DNA of 64,000 nt, taken from NCBI GenBank assembly GCA_963733675.1, contig CAVTET010000003.1, positions 32,001 through 96,000 on the forward strand. Reading direction: 5' to 3'. This stretch comes from an uncultured Methanosarcinaceae archaeon (GTDB taxonomy: Archaea > Halobacteriota > Methanosarcinia > Methanosarcinales > Methanosarcinaceae). Each line of letters starts with the position of its first letter. The stretch's first letter is position 1. The notes below the pieces were generated by a model, which saw only the letters and a list, made by a program, of their open reading frames with translations, was not told the DNA's origin and did not search any database. This document shows positions 1-11,283 of the stretch, in pieces. A program made the translations under genes and the position numbers.

Positions 1-450
1 CGATTTAATGAAAACTGTGAACACAAAAATTTCTCTGCATTTTCAGCAAATGCAGATAATAGTACTCGCTTTTATAGAATTGATCAGTAACTCCTATAAA
101 CGAGCTGAAATCCAATACAAGAATATTCCAAAACCGTATAAACCTTGAAGAAATTAAGTTCCCTATTTCGTTTAAGTAAATAAATTACCATAAAGATATT
201 ATTTATGTAGTAAATATCATTCAAGGCAAATAATCACTAAATTTTAGACAACTGTAAAATTAAAGATACTTTCTTGTATGGAATTTTGCATATGAATTCA
301 AGATCATTTTATCATTGATGAATTACCTAATTCTTATGACGGAACAAAGAAGCTCACAAACTTTAGTTAACAGTTAGCTCATGATCAAGTGTAACTTAAA
401 CGCGAGCTATCATGCAGAGTAGAACATAATAATATGGAGCCTCTTCTGGT

Positions 451-1815
451 ATGGAAACTTCTACAAACATTCCCGAGGATTTGAAGCAGGCGGTACTCGA
501 GAGAATAAAACCTACAGTAGCTGAAAGAAAAACTCTTATTGGGATTCAGGAAGAATTAGCCACAGAAATGAAAGCTGCAGCTGAGAAACTAGGTGTACAT
601 GATGTGCTTGTGAAAATGGTAGGTTCCGCCGCAAGAGGTACGTGGCTTTCAGGAACTCATGACATTGATGCCTTTATGTGCTTTCCAGAGGAAACACCCA
701 GAAAGGAACTGGAAACTCTGGGTATGGCAATTGCCAGAGAAGTGGCAAAACTTGCAGAATATGCCAAAGATTGCCATGCTGAGCATCCCTACCTGAATAT
801 TGTATTCAAAGGCTTTGACGTGGATTTAGTTCCATGTTTTAGGGTTTCATCAGCTTCCCATATTAAATCTGCAGTTGATAGGACTCCTTTCCATAACGAT
901 TTTGTTAAAGCCCACATAAAAGGGTTTGAAGACGAGGTGCTGCTTCTGAAGCAGTTTATGCGAGGGTGTGGAGTCTACGGATCAGAGTTGAAAACTCAAG
1001 GCTTTTCAGGCTATTTGACCGAACTCCTAATAATTCATTACGGTTCATTTGAAAATACAGTCAAAGAAGCCTGCTTCTGGAAGCCTGGAGAAAAAATAGA
1101 TTTAATGCAACATTCCAAAATAAAATACGATGAACCCTTAGTCATGGTGGATCCAACAGATCCCAAACGAAACGTTGCAGCAGCTCTTTCCCTTGATAAA
1201 TTTTGCATTTTTATAGACTGGTGCAGGGAATTTTTAAAAAGTGTGGAAATTAAATTCTTTTTTCCTGCTTGTTTCTTGCCTCTTAAGGACAAAGAAATTC
1301 TCCAACGGCTCGAAAATAGACGAAGCACACAGCTTGCAGTCTTCTTCAGGACTCCGGATATAGTCGAAGATGTGCTATATCCACAGCTATATAAAATGGA
1401 GCATTCAGTAGCTGCCCTTTTGATGGAATATAAGTTTTCTGTGATTAAAACTGGGGTCTGGTCAGGGAAAAATGAAACCTTAATTATGCTCGAACTTATC
1501 TCAGGTACCCTTCCAAACGTCAAAAAACATGTTGGTCCACCTGTCTGGGTCAAAGAGCATGCTGAGAAGTTCAAAGAAAAATATAAAAGAGAAGAGGAAG
1601 TTTTCGGAGGTTATATTGAAAATGGAAGATATACCTTTGAGATACAGTGTAAATATCCACTCGCAAAAGAGCTTCTTGAAAAACAGCTTCTCAACTGCTC
1701 CCTTGGAAAAAATGTGAGGTATAGCGTTAATGAAGGCTTTAAGATTATAGAAAATACTGAGATATGCACATTAAAAGATCCAAATTTCAGGGTTTTTTTA
1801 AGTAAATGGTTGTGA
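451..1815 (+). CDS. cca: CCA-adding enzyme (archaeal class I tRNA nucleotidyltransferase)
   Basis: GSAARGTWLSGTHDIDAF nucleotidyltransferase motif, HPY, DVDLVPC, SAVDRTPFH, GFSGYLTELL, DPTDPKRNVAAA. Confidence 0.95.
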   Translation: METSTNIPEDLKQAVLERIKPTVAERKTLIGIQEELATEMKAAAEKLGVHDVLVKMVGSAARGTWLSGTHDIDAFMCFPEETPRKELETLGMAIAREVAKLAEYAKDCHAEHPYLNIVFKGFDVDLVPCFRVSSASHIKSAVDRTPFHNDFVKAHIKGFEDEVLLLKQFMRGCGVYGSELKTQGFSGYLTELLIIHYGSFENTVKEACFWKPGEKIDLMQHSKIKYDEPLVMVDPTDPKRNVAAALSLDKFCIFIDWCREFLKSVEIKFFFPACFLPLKDKEILQRLENRRSTQLAVFFRTPDIVEDVLYPQLYKMEHSVAALLMEYKFSVIKTGVWSGKNETLIMLELISGTLPNVKKHVGPPVWVKEHAEKFKEKYKREEEVFGGYIENGRYTFEIQCKYPLAKELLEKQLLNCSLGKNVRYSVNEGFKIIENTEICTLKDPNFRVFLSKWL

Positions 1816-2004
1816 AAATTGACCATAAAATGTAAGAATGAATCCTATTCACAAAGTAATATTTAAACTCATAATGCACTTTTTTCACCTGCACCTACTG
1901 TTATTTTATCATGTAGAAATTTGGGAGTGTGTCCTTCAGTAATTTATCTGAGCTAAAAAACGAACAGATTTCTTATTTTTGGGTAAATGTTATAGAGAAT
2001 TTTG

Positions 2005-2859
2005 GGTTCCGTTGCAAAAAATCCTTTCTAATGATACAATAGAATAAAAAGAAAACCAAAGATAGTAACATGCTATCTAATTCCTTTAAATGGAAGCATT
2101 ATGAAGGGGAAATTATCTTATTGAATGTAAGATGGTACTTAAAATATGCATTAAGTTATAGAAATTTAAAGGAAATGATGGCAGAAAGGGGAGTAAAAGT
2201 CGACCATACAACAATCATGAAATGGGTACATCAATATTCCCCTGAAATAGAAAAGAAGATAAGAAGACATTTAAGACCAACAAATGATTCGTGGAGAGTT
2301 GATGAAACCTATATCAAAGTAAAAGGTAAATGGAAATATTTTTACCGAGCAGTTGACTCAAATGGAGATACAATTGATTTCATGTTAAGTTCAAAACGAG
2401 ATAGAAAGGCAGCGAAGAGATTCTTTAAGAAAGCTTTAAGTTCTAATCATAATCAAATTCCAAGATTAATAACCGTTGATAAGAATCCAGCTTATCCACC
2501 TGCTATAGATAAACTAAAAATTGATAAAATACTACCTAAAAACTTAGGCATTCGACAAATCAAGTATTTGAATAACATTATAGAACAAGATCACAGATCT
2601 ATAAAGAGAATCGTTAATCCAATGTTAGGATTTCAGTCTTTTAGATCTGCTAATAAGACTTTAAAAGGAATTGAAGCTATAAATATGATCAAAAAAGGAC
2701 AAGTAATCGATTTAAATTACTCTGTTCTTAATGAAGTCAAATACATGAATCAATTATTTGGTATAGTTTTATAATGTTAGTACATTTTCCTTGAATGTTT
2801 TGATTTTTATTAATCACTTATAGATTTACATATTTTTTTGAAGTTTTTGCAACGGAACC
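2005..2859 (+). mobile_element. IS6-family insertion sequence, copy 1 (intact)
   Basis: Terminal inverted repeats GGTTCCGTTGCAAAAA / TTTTTGCAACGGAACC around one 234-aa transposase ORF; near-identical copies at 24451 and 50476. Confidence 0.95.
2070..2774 (+). CDS. IS6-family DDE transposase
   Basis: WRVDETYIKVKGKW, YRAVD, ITVDKNPAY, NNIIEQDHR motifs. Confidence 0.95.
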   Translation: MLSNSFKWKHYEGEIILLNVRWYLKYALSYRNLKEMMAERGVKVDHTTIMKWVHQYSPEIEKKIRRHLRPTNDSWRVDETYIKVKGKWKYFYRAVDSNGDTIDFMLSSKRDRKAAKRFFKKALSSNHNQIPRLITVDKNPAYPPAIDKLKIDKILPKNLGIRQIKYLNNIIEQDHRSIKRIVNPMLGFQSFRSANKTLKGIEAINMIKKGQVIDLNYSVLNEVKYMNQLFGIVL

Positions 2860-2930
2860 CAAAAAAGAATAAATTCGGAAAATATAATTATGCAGAAAGT
2901 ACGGGTTCATTAAAGAAAATTACGACATCA

Positions 2931-3188
2931 TCAGTTGTCTGCTGGAATGAGAATTGCCCCTGAACCCTCGAGATTTTTGTAGATAAATGCTGAAGTATAA
3001 GCAAGGACCATGAATTTAAAGCCCTGGCCAAAATCCATCTCTACAAACTTACATATCATATATATGAAGAAGGCAAATTGTACAGCACAAAGGCCCATTC
3101 CGGCTAATGTGAGTATTTTCTGACGACTGCTACTACTACTGTCTGGATCATCTGATTCTTCGGACATTTCCTTCGACTTTTCTGACAT
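2931..3188 (-). CDS. small membrane protein with acidic/Ser-rich N-terminus and two hydrophobic segments
   Basis: ORF with two TM-like stretches; ATG at 3188 preferred over TTG at 3206. Confidence 0.55.
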   Translation of the reverse strand: MSEKSKEMSEESDDPDSSSSSRQKILTLAGMGLCAVQFAFFIYMICKFVEMDFGQGFKFMVLAYTSAFIYKNLEGSGAILIPADN

Positions 3189-4500
3189 TTCTTTCTGACC
3201 TCGCAAATAAAGGTGCTAAAAGTATTATGTCTTTGATTTGTTAATTTTGTCTTTAATTTATATTGCTTTTAATTAAAAGATTTGTTATTATTTTCTGGAT
3301 TTCTGATTGATTAAAGCCAATTGCAAGTGTAATTGATAGTAAATTTTGACGATTCCAAAGATATATAAGTTTCTCAAACAAATTCCATTTATGGCCATTT
3401 CAATGAGTTGTTGAAAACTGCAAACATAAGTTCCTCTTTAAATTTTCAAAAAAAGGAATCATGCCCTTTTTTCAGTTTAATCAATTACTCTAGGAAACTA
3501 CCTTTTACTGCAAACATTGTTCAACAAGTTTAAGAGTAAGATAACGTCTCAGGCTTTAATCCATATACCCTAGCTTTTATAGAGTCCTTAAAAAGATATA
3601 AAAACACGGAAAGCTTCAGCAACAGCATCTTAAAATTAAGATGTATTCGTATCTCGTAAAACATTATATTAAAAACACTCTCCAATTTAATTAGAGATTT
3701 TTGTGCAATATTTTTATACGATGTTATTATTTATTAAATATACTATATATAACTTACGGGGCTAACAATGCACATCGGAGAATATAGTTATCAAAAATTG
3801 AGACATTGTAGAGTATCGATTTCAAATTAATGGAAAGAATACACATCATCAAATCATGGCCAGAACCTGAGATTGCAGATTTGTAGAATATTGAATTACC
3901 GGAAAGTTGCTGGAGTGAGTGACGCTCAAACCGGACAGTGCCTTTAGCAACAAACTATTTTCCCAGAGGACTCATTTATAAAATGCAACCATAAAAGGAA
4001 GCTGTATGCCATCTTCTATACAAGTTCCAAACTTTGAAATCACTAAGCTATCCTTATTCCAAACTCATCCATATGCTAGACTAAACGCTGATTATTTTCA
4101 TACGGTTTATTATAAAAAGAGTACAAGAAAAATATTTTCCTACAAATAAATTGTTTAACTCGATGAAATATTATTTTATTTATGAATTATTTATTTAGAA
4201 TAAGTCTGCTGCAATAAATCATCTTGCCAAGTGGATGCCGGAAGGAAATAATGTGACAAAATCAAAATAAATTATACAATACATTGACACTATAGGAGGC
4301 AAACAAGCGTAACTATTTATAAAAGTAACACTAATGTTAACCTAGAAAAACAATGTCAACCATAATAAACATTGTTAAGAATGAGAAAATAATAAAAATA
4401 AGTTCAGTGATATGTTAGTTCAAATGAATAATATTAAAATAAATAACAAAAAGCCGAATCACGAATAAATTTCTAAAAAAATAAAAAAGCAGTGAATTAA

Positions 4501-5388
4501 ATGGATAAAGCGCGTATAATTGAGGAAACAGCGGTCAGGATAGCCAGGGAACTCAATGCCGCCGCAATCGTTGTATCTGGGGAGCTGAGTTTTGAAGGGA
4601 TCGACACTGGAGGGATTCCGATTTACCATAGCTCTACGCGGCCGAAAAGAATACTAGCTCATCTTGTAATGACTGGCAAAGACGAAAAATGCCCTATAAG
4701 GGGTCTCAGCGACCAGATAAACAAAGAAGCTTCAAGTAACGCTGATCACCTCCAACAGGCTGTGGCAATAGAATACGTGCTTGGGAAACTAAAAGGCGAA
4801 ATTGTTATAGGTGTGGTCGAAGCCCGTGGCTCCATTTCAATAGTTGTGCACAATCTCGATGAAAACCCGCTTGTAAAAGCCATGAAGGAATGTCAAGAGA
4901 GGATAAAACCAGAAGTGATGAGCGCAATCATGAATATTTCTTGTGACATTGCCTTAGCAGGCAGGGAAGGAAAGAGAGTAGGAGCCGCCTTTATTTTAGG
5001 GGATTCCGAAGAAGTCATGAAACGTTCTCATCAGATAATTATTAATCCGTATGCAGGTCATGATGAAACTTACAGAAATCTCCTTGACAAAAAAAATTGG
5101 GAGTCTATAAAAGAATTTGCCCAACTCGATGGGGTTTTTGTAATAAGTGATACAGGCCTTATACTTGCAGCAGGGCGCTACCTTGATGTTGATGGAAAAA
5201 ATGTGGATATTGAAAAAGGGTTAGGAGGCAGGCATGTTTCAGCAGCCGCAATCAGCAGGGATACATTTGCAATCGCGGTTGTGATATCTGAGTCCGGAGG
5301 AGTTATCAGGATATACAAAGATGCAAAAGAGACTATCTGCATGGAATCCCTGAAACCTGCAATAAATCTATCTGATCTCATAAATTAA
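4501..5388 (+). CDS. dacZ: diadenylate cyclase (DisA_N/DAC domain, DacZ-like)
   Basis: GREGKRVGAAFILGD, KEFAQLDGVFVI (DGA-type motif), LGGRHVSAAAIS (RHR-type motif), VISESGG. Confidence 0.85.
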   Translation: MDKARIIEETAVRIARELNAAAIVVSGELSFEGIDTGGIPIYHSSTRPKRILAHLVMTGKDEKCPIRGLSDQINKEASSNADHLQQAVAIEYVLGKLKGEIVIGVVEARGSISIVVHNLDENPLVKAMKECQERIKPEVMSAIMNISCDIALAGREGKRVGAAFILGDSEEVMKRSHQIIINPYAGHDETYRNLLDKKNWESIKEFAQLDGVFVISDTGLILAAGRYLDVDGKNVDIEKGLGGRHVSAAAISRDTFAIAVVISESGGVIRIYKDAKETICMESLKPAINLSDLIN

Positions 5389-5449
5389 TAAATTTGGATT
5401 CTATAGTTGGAATAGAACATTAATAGTTTCAATAAACACAATCAAACTT

Positions 5450-6058
5450 GCGCTGGTGAACCATGCTGCAAGCAACGGGTTATGTTCGCACCAGCGTTCA
5501 TTATATAGTTTTTTACTGAAAGTCAATTCTTTTCATTTGCTTATATGCTTGCTTTTCTTCCTGATCTCCCTCATTCTGAACATAATTTGTTATAATATAG
5601 GAAGTCATTCCGTCTCAGACTGTTGCAAGGTATCCTCCCTCACTCCATAGTTCCATACCCCAAAGCTGTTTTTTAATTGAAGGGCATTCTTTGAAGATAG
5701 TTCTGACTGTTATGCTTTAAATAACTGCATCACTCTTGAAGGAGAATATTTTGGCTCAGCCCCAACAAAAAGTGTACATGATCAACATCGCAGCTGATTG
5801 CATAAAATTCAAAAGAATATTTTTCACCAATCTCATAGAATACATTTTTTAAAGAGTTAACTGCATCATAATTTCAAAGGTTTTTACGATATTTCATACA
5901 AAAAAAAACCATTTGATATATAATTTTATAGACACAGTGGTTTGTACTCCTTAATTACATCTACAACAAAAGGTGATTAAGGATATAAATCAGCCATTTA
6001 ATAACGGTTACCGGGGAAGTTTTCATCCTGCAGCAAGCTGTGAGATATTCGAAATAAA
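5450..6058 (-). mobile_element. degenerate IS200-like element (tnpA pseudogene with subterminal hairpins)
   Basis: Minus strand encodes a DHVHF..GAEPKYSPS HUH fragment with stops/frameshifts; end hairpins resemble those at 41172-41790. Confidence 0.8.
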
Positions 6059-6069
6059 TAAAAAAGTAA

Positions 6070-6765
6070 CGTCTTTATTTTCCTTTTAGCTTTCTGTTCC
6101 TTTTTTAATCCGTATTCTGATCTTCAACCTGGTACTTTCTTTCTCATAGTTCTTATCTCCTTTTTTTGAAGATTGACTTCTCTGTACGAGATGTACTTTT
6201 TTAAGCCTGCTACAATATCTCGTAGGGAACAGAATCAATGTCCTTCTGGCAACACTCAAGTCCGAAATTTCAACAATTAGGGATAATTAAGTCCGTTTTT
6301 TTGGGATTTCTTACAGGATCCAGATCAGAGACTGATAAGAGATTGAACTATACTGGCTATCGATACGGTAGGAGCAATTATTTCGGTCCTAATTTTTACT
6401 TACCTTCTCACAAGATCCCCTTCTTCTTTTTCCATTACAATGGTAGAGATCTTAATTGTCATGGTTTTAACACATTCATTAGCGAAATCTATTCGTGGAC
6501 TAGGGGTGCAACTCCAACCATTGTTCCACCCCCTAAAGCAGACCTTACTGCTATTTTGTTAACTTTATTTTTTCATATATATGATTGCCCAATTGAACAG
6601 TGCCGATTCGATAAAGCCTACGTAGGATGTGTAATCGGAAAACTTCTAGGAGCCGATATTCTTAAATTCGGGAAAATAAAACATCTTGAAACCCTGGTTG
6701 CAAACATAGGAGCAGCAGGAATTTTAGATGGAATATTTTTTAATGGGTTCATACCATCCTCCTAG
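6070..6765 (+). pseudogene. DUF1614-family membrane protein, frameshifted
   Basis: One frame gives TILAIDTVGAIISVLI...LAKSIRGLG; the ORF-track frame continues with TPTIVPP...AYVGCVIGKLLGADILK...NIGAAGILDGIFFNG, resembling the DUF1614 pattern GTLIGADLL...SIGGAGTFDGIF. Confidence 0.7.
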
Positions 6766-6825
6766 TTTAATAACTCTAGACTCTATCTATGAGTAAATGA
6801 GCAAGATGGACATTAAACAAAATTG

Positions 6826-7878
6826 TTAGCGATTCAATTTAAATCGAAGCAACGCTGCAATTCCTCCAAGTTTATGAAGCTTTTCTCCGGGCTCAAAGGC
6901 AGTGCTGAAAACAATAACTTTTCCGTGAGCCTGTTCTATCTTCAGCAGGAGCTCGTCAATATCCACCCCTTTTTCCCGCCCGTTTCTCAATGTTTCGTCA
7001 GCAATGAGCAGTGTCTCGATAGCTCCATAACCAAGAGCATTTTGAACATCTGCAAAACCATAGGCTGCTTTGCCATCCATTGATATTTCTCGAATAAGAT
7101 CTTCTATCAGAATTGATTCCCGGGCTATGCGGGATTCCAGCATGATCCTATCAACTGCTCCCCTACGAAGTACTTCCTGAAAACCGGACATCCCTATCAT
7201 GGCCGTATCTTCGACTATTGACTTTGAAGCCATAGAGGGTTCAATTTCATGGAAATACTTCAAAAAATCGTCTTTGGTAAACCCTGGCCCTGCAATAACT
7301 AAAGAGGCATCCTCAGGAACTGCATGTCTAAGCTGCTCAAGAATGCTCCTAAAAAATTCATTCCTTAGACCTGTATCCCGCTTTCCGGATGACTGGTGAA
7401 TGTGAGAGTAGATCTCGATTCCATAATGATGTACAAAACCAATATCTGCATCTCCTTCTTCAATTGCAACAATAACTACCTTCGGACGCCTAGAAGCCTC
7501 TTCAGCGTCCTTAAGTCGCTGGAGCTGGTCATTCTTCCAGCGCTCTTTAATGATAGAAATGTTAGTCCCGATCTCGACATTAAGGGTGTGATAGGAGCCA
7601 GCATCCATCCCATGCTCTATCGGCCCGTGTATCCGCAACCTGTTAGCAAATTTATTAAACTCCATTTCTTCAACCCTAATTCCGAGCCTGACCTTTACTT
7701 TCTCAACCTTTTCGGGGCGTATTTTATCGCTTGAAGTATCAGCTTTCCTTTTGGTAAAAGCAAAGACAAGGTCCGATGCTTCAATAATATATTTTAGATG
7801 CCATAGGTCGTCGATAGATTCGATTGTTACTGAAATATTCCCTTCTCTTCCTTTAAGAGAACGATTTGTAACTCTCAT
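6826..7878 (-). CDS. pelA: mRNA surveillance/ribosome rescue protein pelota
   Basis: DDLWHLKYII, RLRIHG, YHTLNV, AGPGFTK, LGGIAALLRF; RBS GGGGGTGA upstream. Confidence 0.95.
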   Translation of the reverse strand: MRVTNRSLKGREGNISVTIESIDDLWHLKYIIEASDLVFAFTKRKADTSSDKIRPEKVEKVKVRLGIRVEEMEFNKFANRLRIHGPIEHGMDAGSYHTLNVEIGTNISIIKERWKNDQLQRLKDAEEASRRPKVVIVAIEEGDADIGFVHHYGIEIYSHIHQSSGKRDTGLRNEFFRSILEQLRHAVPEDASLVIAGPGFTKDDFLKYFHEIEPSMASKSIVEDTAMIGMSGFQEVLRRGAVDRIMLESRIARESILIEDLIREISMDGKAAYGFADVQNALGYGAIETLLIADETLRNGREKGVDIDELLLKIEQAHGKVIVFSTAFEPGEKLHKLGGIAALLRFKLNR

Positions 7879-8033
7879 ATCTTTCTCACCCCCTGCATTT
7901 CAATCTACCTTTCAATTAAATCTTTGGCTTTATTTTTCTATAATTTATTCAAAGTCTTCATCACTTCTTCAGCTTTCTGTCGAACTTCTACTCAAAGTCC
8001 TTCTTAAGATTCTTCTTTTGCTATTTCTCCAAA

Positions 8034-10238
8034 TTATTCTTCAGCTTCCTCTCCGCTACCCTCATGCTCAAATTCTACTTCAGAAGTTTCATATTCTCCA
8101 CACATATGCTCTATTTTTTGACTTTTTCTTTCTGGTTTCTGGTTCTTTAAATCCGACTCTCCAGGAGAAACCATCATGGCAATCTGATCTGGGGATGCAA
8201 TCTGCTTGACGAAACGAGGATCTTTGAGTTCATCTGCATAAATTTTGTAGATTTTTTTTGAGATGTCATTTTGGTTGAAAGTGCCTGGAACAATCTCCAG
8301 AATATAATCACCATGCTTCCGGACAGCAAAACTAGGGCCGCCGATCACCCTTGTCTCATTTTTGAGCTCAAGCCCGACTGCTATGCTCAGAGGCACATCC
8401 CTAAAGTAATTCCGCTCTCCCCTAATGATAAAACCTCCCTTTCTAACATATTCTCCAGATTCGGGGGTCTTTGAGACCTGTTCAGATCTAACCCAGTAGC
8501 AGTCCCCATTAAATTGGCCTTCTTTCCAGAGGCTGGAATAAGAAACTGCAAACTGCGCAGCTTCTCTTAACGTTGATTCAGGGACCTCCTCTCCTGTGGT
8601 CTTGACAACTGTCAGGGGAGCACCTGGGGTCTGAGTATGGAAGACAATATCTCTTTTTTCTATGTATTTTTTGAAAATTTCCTCATTGGTATCAGCATCT
8701 CTGCCTCCTACAACGAGAAAATTATCCGAAGATACAAACCATCTGAAACGATCATACCAGTGCTTTTTTCTGGACAACTGGAATTTTTTCCTTGCTTTTG
8801 CAGTCTTTGCTTCATTTTTTTTCTCCATAGCTTTCCTGGTATTTTCGATAGCTTTGATAGCACCTTCACTTTTTTTGCTAAACTTTTTTACTTTTTCGTA
8901 GTATTCCTGAGCGTTCTGAGGCACTGTCTTCCGTATATCAAGGTTAACGCTCTTGCCATCAAGCTCAACGGTTACAGTCCCTGTCTTTTGGTCAATATTT
9001 GTAATTCTTTGCGCAGCAGGTAATGTATCTTTTGCTTTTTTAAGAATAACGCGTATCTCATCCCATGAATAACCCTTTGATCTCGCTCTATTGAGCACCG
9101 AAAAAAGCTTCTCGATAAGCTGATAATTAGCATAGACAGTTTCTGCAAGCATATTATTCTTTTCAATTTCTTTATCGAACTTCTCAAGGCTCTCTTCCTG
9201 CTGGAGAAGCCGCCTTGCGTAAACATTTGAATTTTTTTCTGTAGTCTCAGCTTCCTTCACTTTTACGATATTTTCAAGCGCCTTTTTTCCGAAGAACTCG
9301 TCAAGCGCCGTATTGAAAAAATCGAAATACTCTTTTTCACATTCTGAATAGCGTATAAGATCAAAAGGCAGCACATCGAAAGTTTCCATCTTTCCAGTGA
9401 TTTCTTTTTTTACGTGCTGAGGTTTGAGTTTAAGAGCTTCAACTTCAATTATCGTCTCATTTTTAATTTCGATTTCGATTCCAGACGCAATTTCAATTTG
9501 AAATTCTCCATTACCTGCATTCTTTGCCCTAAATAGCGGGGCGAATAAATCAATCATAGCATTGGATAACTTAGAAGCATCCTCTTCTGATGCTGCCTTC
9601 GCAAGCTTAGATTTTTCAATTTTTGCCCTGGAGCAGACTTCTTCTGCAAGAACTCCTCCTAAATTGAACCTTGTAGCAATTGTACGGATAATGTCAGCTG
9701 TCGATTCGGAAAAAGCTATCATAAGGTCCGAAACCTTAGCATCTATTGGACTGAGTTGTGCCTCAGGAAGTTCGTAGATTTCTCCGCTCCTGAGCCTGCG
9801 ATCCCGCATGGTCACAGGGTTCATTGGAAGAATAATTTTGTTTTCAGAATCAACAATAAGTAAGTTACCTCGAGCAAAAAGTTCCACAATAAGAGTACTC
9901 CTGACTCCTGCCCTCTCTGTCCCGATTTTAACTATTCTATCAAAATCGTGCTGTTCCACAGATACGATCCTGCCACCTGTCAGGTACTTTCTGAGTAGCA
10001 TCGGAAAAGCTTTTGGAAGATCAGGACTTGCCCCAAAGTTTTTGCTTAAATGGATGCGTTTACCAGCCTCGATAACCAGGTTGTCCCTACCTTTATGAAA
10101 AACATAAAGGTTGATGCGAATCTCCTCATTTGCAAGCTGATAAATCTTCCCTATCTTCGAATTAATGATGGATTTTGGGCCTGCCGACAACTCGGCAACA
10201 ACCGCCGCAACGTCGGCACTTGACATATCATGTTTCAT
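8034..10238 (-). CDS. rqcH: ribosome quality control protein RqcH/Rqc2 (NFACT family)
   Basis: MSSADVAAVVAEL start, FPMLLRKYL, DFDRIV, WYDRFRWFVSSD, GGRDADTNE, QVSKTPESGEY, GGFIIRGERNYF; ATG 10238 chosen as start. Confidence 0.92.
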   Translation of the reverse strand: MKHDMSSADVAAVVAELSAGPKSIINSKIGKIYQLANEEIRINLYVFHKGRDNLVIEAGKRIHLSKNFGASPDLPKAFPMLLRKYLTGGRIVSVEQHDFDRIVKIGTERAGVRSTLIVELFARGNLLIVDSENKIILPMNPVTMRDRRLRSGEIYELPEAQLSPIDAKVSDLMIAFSESTADIIRTIATRFNLGGVLAEEVCSRAKIEKSKLAKAASEEDASKLSNAMIDLFAPLFRAKNAGNGEFQIEIASGIEIEIKNETIIEVEALKLKPQHVKKEITGKMETFDVLPFDLIRYSECEKEYFDFFNTALDEFFGKKALENIVKVKEAETTEKNSNVYARRLLQQEESLEKFDKEIEKNNMLAETVYANYQLIEKLFSVLNRARSKGYSWDEIRVILKKAKDTLPAAQRITNIDQKTGTVTVELDGKSVNLDIRKTVPQNAQEYYEKVKKFSKKSEGAIKAIENTRKAMEKKNEAKTAKARKKFQLSRKKHWYDRFRWFVSSDNFLVVGGRDADTNEEIFKKYIEKRDIVFHTQTPGAPLTVVKTTGEEVPESTLREAAQFAVSYSSLWKEGQFNGDCYWVRSEQVSKTPESGEYVRKGGFIIRGERNYFRDVPLSIAVGLELKNETRVIGGPSFAVRKHGDYILEIVPGTFNQNDISKKIYKIYADELKDPRFVKQIASPDQIAMMVSPGESDLKNQKPERKSQKIEHMCGEYETSEVEFEHEGSGEEAEE

Positions 10239-10467
10239 GAAGTGGATATTAATAGAGGCTTTTCGTATAAGTCTTTGCCAGCCAATCAAAGCGTCGGTAT
10301 CTTACTGGCCATTTCGATACGCTGCGTATAGATCAAGCGAAATTATTGATAAACGAGGCTATTGAATAAATTTCAAGGGGAATAAAGGGAAGAAAAAAAT
10401 TGAGTGAATATAACTGCAGATGCCATATTCAATCCCTTTTATCAGCTGAATATTGATATGGTACTTA

Positions 10468-11283
10468 GAGCCTATCCGAAGAATAATATACTTTCAATTT
10501 AAGATCATGTGTAGTAATGACAAAACGGAAAATTGTTCAGGACTAATAACTTTCTGAAAATTATTGAAAAAAAATGGAACCTTTACTACCTGTACCTCAG
10601 CCAAAAAAGAAGTCTGGAAGACCTAGAAAGGGTAATAGGAAAATAATGAGTGGCATTTTCTATCTCCTTTTTACTGTTTGCCAATGGAAAGCATTGCCAC
10701 GATTTTATGGAGCTCCAAGCACTGTACAGGATAGATTTCAGGAATGGCAACTATCAGACTTATTTGAGAGCATGTGGCTGGCTGGTCTTGTTGAGTATGA
10801 TTTCGAAAAAGGATTAGAATGGGAATGACAATCAATTGATGGTGCTATGACAAAAGCACCATTAGATGGAGCTGGAACAGGAGCTAATCCTACTGATCGT
10901 GGCAAAAAAAGTACAAAAAGGATTGTTTTAACTGATTGTAAAGGCATACCACTTTCTGTTGTCGTTGATGGAGCCAATCGTCACGGTAAAAAGCTTGTAA
11001 AAAGGACTTTAGACGCCATATTCTTTGAAAAATCTTCTCCAGAAGACATAATCCAGAATATATGCATGGATAAGGGTTATGATTTCACAGATATCAAAAA
11101 ATTGGTTGTAGACTATGGTTATACTGCGCATATCAAAAGTCGTGAAGAAGAAAACATAAGAAGAGACACCTGGTTTTAGGGCAAGAAGATGGGTTGTAGA
11201 AAGGACACATTCTTGGCTGAATAGATTCAAAAGACTCCTTATAAGATGGGAAACTAAAATTGAAAATTACCAATTACTATCTA
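10468..11283 (+). mobile_element. IS5-family (IS1031-like) element, copy 1, defective and 3'-truncated
   Basis: Left IR GAGCCTATCCGAA after TTA; transposase fragments with several stops/frameshift; right IR absent. Confidence 0.85.

Noticed and set aside
6238-6765. 175-aa ORF as a novel intact protein
   Set aside because: Only its C-terminal part is in the DUF1614-like frame; the N-terminal part is out-of-frame sequence of a pseudogene.
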